Positions 20,025-28,277 of a stretch of 64,000 bases of DNA are shown one piece after another; positions within the stretch are counted from its first letter, which is position 1, and each line of letters starts with the position of its first letter. Below the pieces are notes generated by a model. That model did no database searches. It saw nothing but the letters and a program-made list of their open reading frames with translations, and was not told where the DNA came from. Made by a program: the position numbers and the translations under genes. The stretch spans positions 57,025-121,024 of IMG/VR virus record IMGVR_UViG_3300016472_000940, one strand, 5' to 3'. Source of the stretch: a virus.

Positions 20025-20713
20025 TGCAACTTAAAGATTATTGCAATACCCCGTATAGCTTACAATATATAAAATATTTAAACTACGTACGTGTCTTTAA
20101 TTCTGAACCTTTTTTATATAAAGATAAAAAACTAGAAAATCTATACGTGCCATGCTGTGGATTTAAGGGTGTGTATTTGAACTACAAATATGCGTTTAAA
20201 AAAATAGTTTTATACGATATTAGCCCAGCTCAAATTCATTTTTATACATTTTTAATACAAAATTGGGATGGTAGAAAAGAACTGTCAAGTCTCATTAAAG
20301 AGTTTAAAAACAATTATAAAAATTCTATATTTAAAACCGATATTACTAATACCCCTCTAAAGTTTTACGATAAAAAATTTTATGAAATGCTTAGACAATA
20401 TTATAAAAACAAAAAAGAATTTATATGTGCGTGGGCAAAATTTTTACAGACCGAAAAAGAGATTGTAGTTTTAGATATAACCAGAGACTTTAACAAAATT
20501 AAAACAGCACAAAGTAGCTACTATTCGCTGAGTAACATTTTTGACTTTGAAGTTACATCCTGCTTTCTTACACCCTCACAAAGACAAGAAAAATTTAAGC
20601 AGTGTATGCAGCATTTAGCAAAAAGCAAAAATAGTTTATTCGAGTTTTATTTTGACAATAACAACGGGGTTTTTACCTCAAAAGAAATCCACAGCATAAT
20701 TAATCATATATGA
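20024..20713 (+). CDS. Hypothetical protein, possibly SAM-binding DUF3419/BtaA-like
   Basis: IVLYDISPAQIHF and YYSLSNIFDF resemble DUF3419 motifs. Confidence 0.4.
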   Translation: MQLKDYCNTPYSLQYIKYLNYVRVFNSEPFLYKDKKLENLYVPCCGFKGVYLNYKYAFKKIVLYDISPAQIHFYTFLIQNWDGRKELSSLIKEFKNNYKNSIFKTDITNTPLKFYDKKFYEMLRQYYKNKKEFICAWAKFLQTEKEIVVLDITRDFNKIKTAQSSYYSLSNIFDFEVTSCFLTPSQRQEKFKQCMQHLAKSKNSLFEFYFDNNNGVFTSKEIHSIINHI

Positions 20714-21792
20714 CACAAGAAGAATTTCTAGAACAACGAGAAAAAATAGGTCAACTGTGTAGTGCACCCTTTAACTCGCTTTACATTGGACAGAGAGGTC
20801 ATTTTTTTGTTTGCTGCGCAAATAGATTTTATAAACTAGGCACTTACCCTGAACAAACTATAATGGAAATTTGGAATGGAAAGCCACTACAAAAGATAAG
20901 AAACGAGATGAAAAAAATGAAATTTAATGTGGGTTGTGGCCATTGTAGCCATAATTTAAAATGTGGTAATTTTGGAACGTTAAAGATTCCGTTTTACGAC
21001 TATAAAAACACCACAGATAATTTAAAATATCCACTACGATTAGATTTAGAGCTAGATAATACCTGTAATCTAGAATGTATTATGTGTAACGGGAATCATT
21101 CCTCATCAATTCGAAAAAATAGAGAAAACTTACCAAAATACATTACCCCGTATAACGACAAGTTTTATAAGGAGCTTTTTACTATATTGCCCCATGTAAG
21201 GAGAATAGACTTTTATGGAGGCGAACCGTTTCTTATTCCCGGGTATTTTAAAATTCTAGACTTTGCAAGTGAAAATAAGCTAGATATTAATTTCTATCTT
21301 CAGACTAACGGTACTATTTTAAATAGTAAGATAGAAAAATATTTAACAGAAATGGACATTGATGTAGGTATTAGTATGGATGCTGGCACCAAGGAGTTGT
21401 ATGAAAAAATTAGAGTAAATGCAAAGTTTGACAGGGTTATAAAAAATATAGAAAAAATAAACAACATTCTTACAGCAAAGAAAAAAACAATGTCTATAAG
21501 TTCAGTGGTGATGGGCAATAACATTTTAGATATTCACAATATTGTTAATATTGCTAATCATTTTAATGCAAAGGTGTATTTTCACAAACTAATGTTTCCT
21601 CGTAGGCTTTCTCTTGAAGGTGTCGATGAAACGGCCTTACAAAATGTTTATAAGGTAATGTCATCAAAGAAATTTTTTCTTATAAACCCTACACGTGTAC
21701 AGTTAGGAAACATTACAAAGTATAGAGACTTAGTAAATGAGATAAAATATTATAAAGATAGTAAAGTACCTGCTAATGCTAATTATCTATGA
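20710..21792 (+). CDS. Radical SAM protein with N-terminal SPASM/twitch domain
   Basis: CSAPF...VCC...CGHC, then CNLECIMC, GGEPF, TNGT. Confidence 0.9.
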   Translation: MTQEEFLEQREKIGQLCSAPFNSLYIGQRGHFFVCCANRFYKLGTYPEQTIMEIWNGKPLQKIRNEMKKMKFNVGCGHCSHNLKCGNFGTLKIPFYDYKNTTDNLKYPLRLDLELDNTCNLECIMCNGNHSSSIRKNRENLPKYITPYNDKFYKELFTILPHVRRIDFYGGEPFLIPGYFKILDFASENKLDINFYLQTNGTILNSKIEKYLTEMDIDVGISMDAGTKELYEKIRVNAKFDRVIKNIEKINNILTAKKKTMSISSVVMGNNILDIHNIVNIANHFNAKVYFHKLMFPRRLSLEGVDETALQNVYKVMSSKKFFLINPTRVQLGNITKYRDLVNEIKYYKDSKVPANANYL

Positions 21793-22439
21793 ATATAAAG
21801 GATGTCTTTAATAATAGTACAGTAAGTTTTATTGGTTATAATTACAATAATTTTAAGCAAATATCTATTAAAAAGTATTTTACTGTAAATGAAGATTTTT
21901 TTCTTTTTTTTGTAAGAAGAGAGCTTAATTTAAATATTTCTCTTGATAATGAATCGCATAGTAATGAAATGGGCTTAAAGCAGCCATGTATTTGTTTTAA
22001 AACATTAAAAAATAAAAACTATATTTCAGTATATTATAAAGAAACGGTTATAGGGAATAATATATACGAAGATTACTGCTTAAATGCTTTTGAAAAACAA
22101 GAAAATCAAATTTACTTTAAAAAATATAATTATTCAAAAAATAAAAATTTTATAAGCAAAATACTTAAAAAATATTCTATTCAAAACAATAATTTTTATG
22201 GTATTGAAATTTGTAATGGAAATAGCTACAGAAATAGTGGAAGTAGTGATAAAATAGCAATTATAGATGAAAAGAGTAATTACCAAAAATTAAAAATCTT
22301 TAATTCTTCTTTTATTAATTTAGAAATTCCAAATAATCAGTTAATAGCTTATGGTAAAGATTTACATTCAACAGTAAGCAGTTATTACTTTACAAATGCT
22401 GTGACGTGGAAGCTTCCAGAAAAATTAATATATAATTAA
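21789..22439 (+). CDS. Hypothetical protein (paralogue of 15595-16344)
   Basis: FIGYNYNNFKQISIKKYF, FKKYNYSKN, DKIAII, AYG...SSYYF align by eye with the other ORF. Confidence 0.55.
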   Translation: MNIKDVFNNSTVSFIGYNYNNFKQISIKKYFTVNEDFFLFFVRRELNLNISLDNESHSNEMGLKQPCICFKTLKNKNYISVYYKETVIGNNIYEDYCLNAFEKQENQIYFKKYNYSKNKNFISKILKKYSIQNNNFYGIEICNGNSYRNSGSSDKIAIIDEKSNYQKLKIFNSSFINLEIPNNQLIAYGKDLHSTVSSYYFTNAVTWKLPEKLIYN

Positions 22440-22440
22440 A

Positions 22441-23046
22441 ATGAAGCTGTTTAGATCATTAAACGAATATCCTGAATTTAAAGATCTTTTGAATAATATT
22501 CATATAATTAAAGAAGAATATTTAAATTTTCTAAATAATAATTTATACATTAGTAGAAATTTACAATTTAAAAAAGCGCATTTAAAAACCATTGAATGGA
22601 TAAAACAACAGAAAAACGATGAAACGTACTATCAGGAAGGAAAAAATGCAAATAATTGGATTGTTATTCCTCTATTTAAAAGAAAGTTCTGTTTTTTAAA
22701 AGAGTTTCAGGAAACAAATAAACTATTAAAGAAAATTAAAAGTTTAAATTTTGCAGGATATTTTTGCTTAAAATCAAATCAGAGTATACCATACCACAAG
22801 CACGATACTAAAACAGTTATTATACATATAAATCTTTTTCCTCTTAAAAAAGGTAGAACATTTACATATTTAGATGAAAGTTTGAATGGAGATCCTAATA
22901 CAGTAGAAGAATACTCTTCTTATTTTGAAAAAAAATATATGGAGAAAGAGGGAGACTATGTTATCTTTAATCCATTTTTATATCACTGTGCTAAAAACAA
23001 ATCACTAACAGATAGAATTACTTTTGGAGTTGAAATAAAAATATAG
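22441..23046 (+). CDS. Aspartyl/asparaginyl beta-hydroxylase-like oxygenase
   Basis: W.VIPLF, AGYFCL....IPYHKHD, GDYVIFNP..YH.A.N....RIT. Confidence 0.7.
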   Translation: MKLFRSLNEYPEFKDLLNNIHIIKEEYLNFLNNNLYISRNLQFKKAHLKTIEWIKQQKNDETYYQEGKNANNWIVIPLFKRKFCFLKEFQETNKLLKKIKSLNFAGYFCLKSNQSIPYHKHDTKTVIIHINLFPLKKGRTFTYLDESLNGDPNTVEEYSSYFEKKYMEKEGDYVIFNPFLYHCAKNKSLTDRITFGVEIKI

Positions 23047-23824
23047 CAGGTATTGAAATATCTGCCTTAGTTTCCACTAATTGATATACCATTTTACCAA
23101 AATCAGAAATTTCTTTGTTTTTAAAGAAGAAATAATTTTTATCATATTTGTTGTTAGTAATTTTTAAAAAGTTTTTATTGTTGACTTCTTGATATAAGCA
23201 CTTAAATCCCGCATTTTTGAAGTTATTAACTGTATCTTTAGGCTCTTCTAAATACATGCTCATACTATCAACAAATGCTTCCCATTGTTGTTGATTGTAG
23301 TCTTCCTGAACAAACCAGTCTATAATTAACACTCTGCCTCCTGGCTTTAATATACGCTTTAATTCTTTTAGTAATAAAGGCCTGTTATAAGAATGAGAAT
23401 AAGACTCAGAAAACATAATAACATCAGCTGAATTATCTCTAAGTGTAGTTTTATGGTAATCCTCGTTTAAAAGTGTTATATTATTAAGATTATATTTTGA
23501 TTTAATATATTTTAAATGCTCAGTGTTAGAATTAACAAGTGTAAAATTTATTTTTTTGTATTTTTTTGCAAAATCAAGGGTTGGTTTACCAATACCGCAA
23601 CCAAAATCGTAAAATGTTTCTATACTATTATTTAAGTTTAATATATTCTCAATAAAAAAATTACACTCTTTATATGTCTTTCTAAATTTATATCCTTCAA
23701 TTCTTTCTTTGGAATTACAGTTTTTACTAAGCCAAAAAGTAAATTTATCGTAAAAACTGTGCATTACTTTAAAATGTTTATCAGCTCTCACCTTTTTACT
23801 TAACTGGATAAATAAGTTTATCAA
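23018..23824 (-). CDS. Class I SAM-dependent methyltransferase
   Basis: YDFGCGIG, DNSADVIMFSESYSH, RILKPGG; start codon uncertain. Confidence 0.85.
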   Translation of the reverse strand: MINLFIQLSKKVRADKHFKVMHSFYDKFTFWLSKNCNSKERIEGYKFRKTYKECNFFIENILNLNNSIETFYDFGCGIGKPTLDFAKKYKKINFTLVNSNTEHLKYIKSKYNLNNITLLNEDYHKTTLRDNSADVIMFSESYSHSYNRPLLLKELKRILKPGGRVLIIDWFVQEDYNQQQWEAFVDSMSMYLEEPKDTVNNFKNAGFKCLYQEVNNKNFLKITNNKYDKNYFFFKNKEISDFGKMVYQLVETKADISIPAIFLFQLQK

Positions 23825-23838
23825 TATAAGATAATAAA

Positions 23839-24243
23839 ATGTTTTTTAAGGTAAAGGTAGTTAAAGTTTCAAAAAAACTTAAAAATGAAGATCTTATTGG
23901 CAGGGAATTCTTTTTGTTCTGTACCAAAAAAAAAGCCTACAAAATAGGCAAAAAGAATGAACAGTTTGATTTTGAATATTTTATTCAAAATAATATATTG
24001 GTTGGAAAAAGCATCTGTACATGTACTGAAAAAGATTGCTTTATTACAAAAATACCTCTTAAAACTCTAGAAAAAAATAAATTTTTAGTAAAATCTGTAA
24101 TTTTAAAGCAACATGATAATGAAGCATCTCCGTATAAAATAAATGAATATGTAATATTGGAGTTTATAAAAGACACTTCTATTAAAACAAAAAAAGATGC
24201 ACTATTGTTATATTCAAAAAGTAAAATTAGGAAGGGTATATGA
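23839..24243 (+). CDS. Hypothetical protein
   Basis: 134-aa Lys-rich ORF coupled to the next gene. Confidence 0.5.
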   Translation: MFFKVKVVKVSKKLKNEDLIGREFFLFCTKKKAYKIGKKNEQFDFEYFIQNNILVGKSICTCTEKDCFITKIPLKTLEKNKFLVKSVILKQHDNEASPYKINEYVILEFIKDTSIKTKKDALLLYSKSKIRKGI

Positions 24244-24788
24244 AGAGCTTTTACGACGTAAAAGATTTTAATTTTTTAAATCTTTTTCAAAGCAATATTA
24301 AAAATATAATAAAAGAATATAAAGATATTGATCTGGTAAATGACTTAAAGAAGTATATTTATGTTAACAATAAAGACGATGTTGCTAGTTTTAGATCTGT
24401 AGGGTCAGAAAAGAGTACATGGAAGACATTACCTATTTTTTGTGGTGTAAATAAAGAAATAGAAAAGCAAGCAGTAGAGCTTTTCCCCGAAACCTTAAAA
24501 ATGATTTATACACTACAAAAGCATGTAACTATTAATGCGGCACAATTTTGCAAGCTTGACGGGTTAAGCTTTTTCCCCAGACATAAACATGATAAAGATA
24601 ATTTTGTTATCTTTCACAATCTTCTCTTTGATCTTGATAGCACGTGTTTATATGAATCCGAGAACGAATACAAGAAGGTCAAGGATGTAGGCGATTATGT
24701 AATTTTTCCGCTTTCAAATATGCATTCAGTATATAATTTTAGCAAAAAGCCAAAAATAAGTTTTAGTGTAAGTTTTAAGGTTGATTAG
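24240..24788 (+). CDS. Aspartyl/asparaginyl beta-hydroxylase-like oxygenase
   Basis: WKTLPIF, FPET, FPRHKHD, GDYVIF...MHSVYN; paralogue of 22441-23046. Confidence 0.7.
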   Translation: MKSFYDVKDFNFLNLFQSNIKNIIKEYKDIDLVNDLKKYIYVNNKDDVASFRSVGSEKSTWKTLPIFCGVNKEIEKQAVELFPETLKMIYTLQKHVTINAAQFCKLDGLSFFPRHKHDKDNFVIFHNLLFDLDSTCLYESENEYKKVKDVGDYVIFPLSNMHSVYNFSKKPKISFSVSFKVD

Positions 24789-25494
24789 TTTTTTGAAAGG
24801 ATTGATATAGAAGATTAGCCCACTTGACACTACCCCGGCTTGACAAAACTGGGTAGTTAACATGAAGAATCAAGTGTATTCTTGGTTCACTTGAATTATT
24901 ATAAACAACATGCTCATTACTTGTATCTAGTATTAACGCATTACCTGGTTTAAATGGAACTATACCGTACCCCTTCATCTTAAATTCACAGCCTTGGGGG
25001 TTACTAAGTGCAATATTAATAGGTGCTAGTATCTTTTTAGGCATATCAGTATGCGGTAAAATGTAGCCACCTGGTTCTAAAAGCATAAATCGCACACGAA
25101 AAAATTTAGCGTTAAAAAAGGAGTTTTTTAAGAAAGATGTTGTTACCGGACATGCCTCACTTACTTCTGTCCATTTATACGGTACTAAATTCTGGTCGAT
25201 ATTTTTATATTCTGGATAACTCGTGTAGTCATATATTTGATCGCTTGATAGCCCGTGAATACACAACGACTTCCATCCCTTACTATTACTTTCCCTGTAT
25301 TCTACGAACTTGCTCTTCAATGCATAGGCCTCCCTATACATTTCTTTATATGGAACCTTGAGATCTAGTTTTATCCATGGCAGGCCACATTGAAAAATAT
25401 ACCAATCTAAGTTCTCACGCGTATCTAGGAAATTATTAATAGTGGATATATCGCGATCCATATGAATATTATAATCAATACTTTGCAAAAACAA
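24775..25494 (-). CDS. Aspartyl/asparaginyl beta-hydroxylase-like oxygenase
   Basis: WKSLCIHG, CPVT, RVRFMLLEPGGYILPHTD, HVVYNNSSEPRIHLI; start uncertain. Confidence 0.85.
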   Translation of the reverse strand: MFLQSIDYNIHMDRDISTINNFLDTRENLDWYIFQCGLPWIKLDLKVPYKEMYREAYALKSKFVEYRESNSKGWKSLCIHGLSSDQIYDYTSYPEYKNIDQNLVPYKWTEVSEACPVTTSFLKNSFFNAKFFRVRFMLLEPGGYILPHTDMPKKILAPINIALSNPQGCEFKMKGYGIVPFKPGNALILDTSNEHVVYNNSSEPRIHLILHVNYPVLSSRGSVKWANLLYQSFQKTNQP

Positions 25495-25528
25495 GTTGAA
25501 TATACATTTTTAAGTATATAATAAAGAC

Positions 25529-25861
25529 ATGATAGTGTTTTATTTGACCGGGTTAGGGGTAACGTTGACAGCATTAACTATATGGTTTTTTGGCCCTCTT
25601 AAAGCAACCCTTGGTCAGATTTTTTTCGATAAAAATATATATACAAATGATCAATTTGAAACAGCAATGCTAGTCAAATACCCGTTATTAGGCAAATTAT
25701 TAAGTTGCTATGTATGCTGTAGCTTTTGGCTGTCTTTTTTAATTGGTGTAGGTTTATTGTTAATTTTCAATCTTCCATGCTATTTTCCTTTTTTGACGTG
25801 GTTTACGTATCCATGTATTGCTTATCTATATAAGTCGTTAGTAGACAGACGAGATCGCTAG
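25529..25861 (+). CDS. Membrane protein, DUF1360-like
   Basis: Hydrophobic helices plus LGKLLSCYVCCSFW. Confidence 0.6.
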   Translation: MIVFYLTGLGVTLTALTIWFFGPLKATLGQIFFDKNIYTNDQFETAMLVKYPLLGKLLSCYVCCSFWLSFLIGVGLLLIFNLPCYFPFLTWFTYPCIAYLYKSLVDRRDR

Positions 25862-25884
25862 TCAATTGATATAAATATATTATA

Positions 25885-26253
25885 ATGAAATTTGGTTGGC
25901 ATCCAAAAATAGATAAATGGATTCCCGAGAGCTATGATGGTAATACGGAGAGAATTACCCAACCTTACGAATATTCTCCGCCTATTTCCGATTATGCGGG
26001 TAGCCAGTCATACGCTCCTAATGAAGGCGAAGAAATGAAAATAAAAATTACCGGTTTTGGAGATATGACAATAAAGCAAATTAAGGAAAAGATTGTTGAG
26101 ATTTTAAATGATCTAGTTACTGCTGCGGAAAGTGATGAAGTAGCCGATGTACAGAAAATAGAGCACAATCTATTTGGCGCGCCAGAATTACAAAACCTTG
26201 TAAAAGAATATAGTAAGCATATAAAACTTTTGAAATCTCGCGAAACGCGTTGA
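25885..26253 (+). CDS. Hypothetical late protein
   Basis: 122 aa; TATAAATA at 25870-25877. Confidence 0.6.
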   Translation: MKFGWHPKIDKWIPESYDGNTERITQPYEYSPPISDYAGSQSYAPNEGEEMKIKITGFGDMTIKQIKEKIVEILNDLVTAAESDEVADVQKIEHNLFGAPELQNLVKEYSKHIKLLKSRETR

Positions 26254-26284
26254 TTTTAAATTAGTTAATCATAAACACTTTAAC

Positions 26285-26464
26285 ATGACCGGTAAGATAA
26301 AACAAAAGATTACTGCGGATTATGTTCTCGACGTTTATGCGGAATATAAGAAGAAAAAAGGCAAGGAAGCTGCAATACTTCTTGATACCGCAAAGATGTT
26401 GAGCAAGCATTTAAACGAGTGGCTTGTGGTGCCTGAAGAGATTTCGAAGTTAAAGAAAAAATAA
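26285..26464 (+). CDS. Small basic hypothetical protein (59 aa)
   Basis: Hand-translated MTGKIKQKITADYVLDVYAEYKKKKGKEAAILLDTAKMLSKHLNEWLVVPEEISKLKKK; TTGATT upstream. Confidence 0.6.
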   Translation: MTGKIKQKITADYVLDVYAEYKKKKGKEAAILLDTAKMLSKHLNEWLVVPEEISKLKKK

Positions 26465-26498
26465 GCTTGATTCTACATTATTATTCATAAAATTAGGA

Positions 26499-26945
26499 AT
26501 GGATAAACTATACCTATCGTGGAATGAAATTAACAAGAGCTTACTAGAAATACATGAGCAGACTAAGAATTTAAGTGGTAATGCAGCAATTATAGGTCTT
26601 ACAAGAGGCGGTCTTTGCCCGGCTGTATTATTTTCACATATTAAGAATATAAAAGATTTTTATACATGCGGAATCAGAAGCTACGACAATCAAAATAAAG
26701 CCGCTGAAACTATGTTTCAATATCCCGATAAGCATGCACTTAAGCATAAGGAGGTTGTATATGTCATTGATGATATATGCGATACCGGTGGTACACTTAA
26801 GTTTCTAGAAAATTATCTCTTGCCTATTAAACCTATTTCAATTACACTTGTATATCGGACAAATGAAGGCTATAGACCGAATTATTTTGGTACAGAACTT
26901 TCGGACGAAAGATGGGTTGTTTTTCCCTGGGAAGAGACTAAATAA
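26499..26945 (+). CDS. Purine phosphoribosyltransferase (XGPRT-like)
   Basis: IIGLTRGGL, VYVIDDICDTGGTL (PRPP motif), WVVFPWE. Confidence 0.85.
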   Translation: MDKLYLSWNEINKSLLEIHEQTKNLSGNAAIIGLTRGGLCPAVLFSHIKNIKDFYTCGIRSYDNQNKAAETMFQYPDKHALKHKEVVYVIDDICDTGGTLKFLENYLLPIKPISITLVYRTNEGYRPNYFGTELSDERWVVFPWEETK

Positions 26946-27001
26946 CTCACCTACTAGTAACATAGTTTTAACGCAGCCAGTTTGCTGCAACTAATCTTTT
27001 T

Positions 27002-27568
27002 ATGAAAACAAACAAAAAAATACACAAGCTAGGAGCAATCATTATATGCATAATCCTTTCGACAGTATCTGTTTGCTATACAGATTTTGTTGATCGGAAG
27101 CTTACCGTAAAGGATGTAAGGGCAGATTTGAAAAGCCTGCCACCGCAAGAAGAAAAAAAGATAGCTAAAGAGATAAAAATTAAAAATAACGGAATAGTGT
27201 ATAAAGATGAATTTATACCAAAAACAAATAATAGCGGATTTCGTATTATGACTGTTCGCCTAACCGTATATTGGGCTAGGGGCGGTGAAACTGACTATTA
27301 CAGCTCAAAAAAGAAGAGTTCAACCGGTTATACACTTAAACAAGGTGAGTCTATTGCTGTTGATCCAAAGATTATTCCTTACCGTAAAGAAGTAATTATT
27401 CCTAATGTTGGTTTAGTAAAAGCAGTAGACACGGGTACAGCTGTTGTTGCAAAAAGCGCTTCAGATGGAAAATTACCTGTTATAGATGTGTTTTTTGAGC
27501 ATAAAAAAGACGCTATATTGTTTGCTAATAGATATCCCAAGGTTGTTAAGGTCGCGGTGTTGAACTAA
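27002..27568 (+). CDS. 3D-domain (MltA-like) peptidoglycan-active protein with N-terminal TM/signal
   Basis: LTVYW, IAVDPKIIPY, AVDTGTAV, IDVFF; hydrophobic N-terminus. Confidence 0.75.
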   Translation: MKTNKKIHKLGAIIICIILSTVSVCYTDFVDRKLTVKDVRADLKSLPPQEEKKIAKEIKIKNNGIVYKDEFIPKTNNSGFRIMTVRLTVYWARGGETDYYSSKKKSSTGYTLKQGESIAVDPKIIPYRKEVIIPNVGLVKAVDTGTAVVAKSASDGKLPVIDVFFEHKKDAILFANRYPKVVKVAVLN

Positions 27569-27575
27569 ATAATAG

Positions 27576-28070
27576 GTGAAATTCAATAATCTCGTCAAAA
27601 AGATATTAGAACAAGCAGATATACCACCAGCACACATACAACAGTATGATCTTTCAGAAAGAGATAAAAACATACTCGCTACTTTACTGGTAAAAGAAGC
27701 TGGTGGTGAAAAAGATTATGTTGCAGGTATGGCTGGTGTGATGAATGTCATTTACAACCGAGCTAGAGGAAATCCAAGAGATTTTGTACGTGAAGCAACA
27801 AGAAAATTACAGTTTAGTGCGTTTAATGCTATAAAGACCCCACAACAAATGGATCAACTAATAGCTGTAACGAAAAACCACCAAGCGTTTAATGCAGCAA
27901 GGCAGATGGTTCAAAGAGCTATACAGGGCAAATTACAAGACATAACATCTAAATCTACCCATTATTATGCGGCTTCCGGGCCAAATAAAATATCGGCTCC
28001 GCGATGGGCCGATCCCACCAAGAAAACTAATAAAATTGGTCACCATCAATTTTATTCAGGTATAAAATAA
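27576..28070 (+). CDS. Cell wall hydrolase (Hydrolase_2/SleB-like)
   Basis: LA..LVKEAGGE...GM..VMNVIYNR...QFSAFN...THYY....WA....IGHHQFY. Confidence 0.85.
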   Translation: MKFNNLVKKILEQADIPPAHIQQYDLSERDKNILATLLVKEAGGEKDYVAGMAGVMNVIYNRARGNPRDFVREATRKLQFSAFNAIKTPQQMDQLIAVTKNHQAFNAARQMVQRAIQGKLQDITSKSTHYYAASGPNKISAPRWADPTKKTNKIGHHQFYSGIK

Positions 28071-28277
28071 TTATTTCTTCTTTTTCTTTTTGCGTGGTAG
28101 AGTTACAAGAACGGGTTGACCTGGGTTAGGCGCAATACCTGGTAGATTAGCGCCCTTAAAACCAGTCGGGCTAGCGCCGCGAAAATCAATATTAGGCCCC
28201 GACCCCGCAACGTGCTTTACGCTAGGAAATACATTAAAATCTTCTAGCAATTTCGATACATACGTATCAAACTTCAT
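28071..28277 (-). CDS. Small hypothetical protein
   Basis: 68 aa, MKFDTYVSKLLE..., poly-Lys C-terminus; coupled to the upstream gene. Confidence 0.55.
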   Translation of the reverse strand: MKFDTYVSKLLEDFNVFPSVKHVAGSGPNIDFRGASPTGFKGANLPGIAPNPGQPVLVTLPRKKKKKK

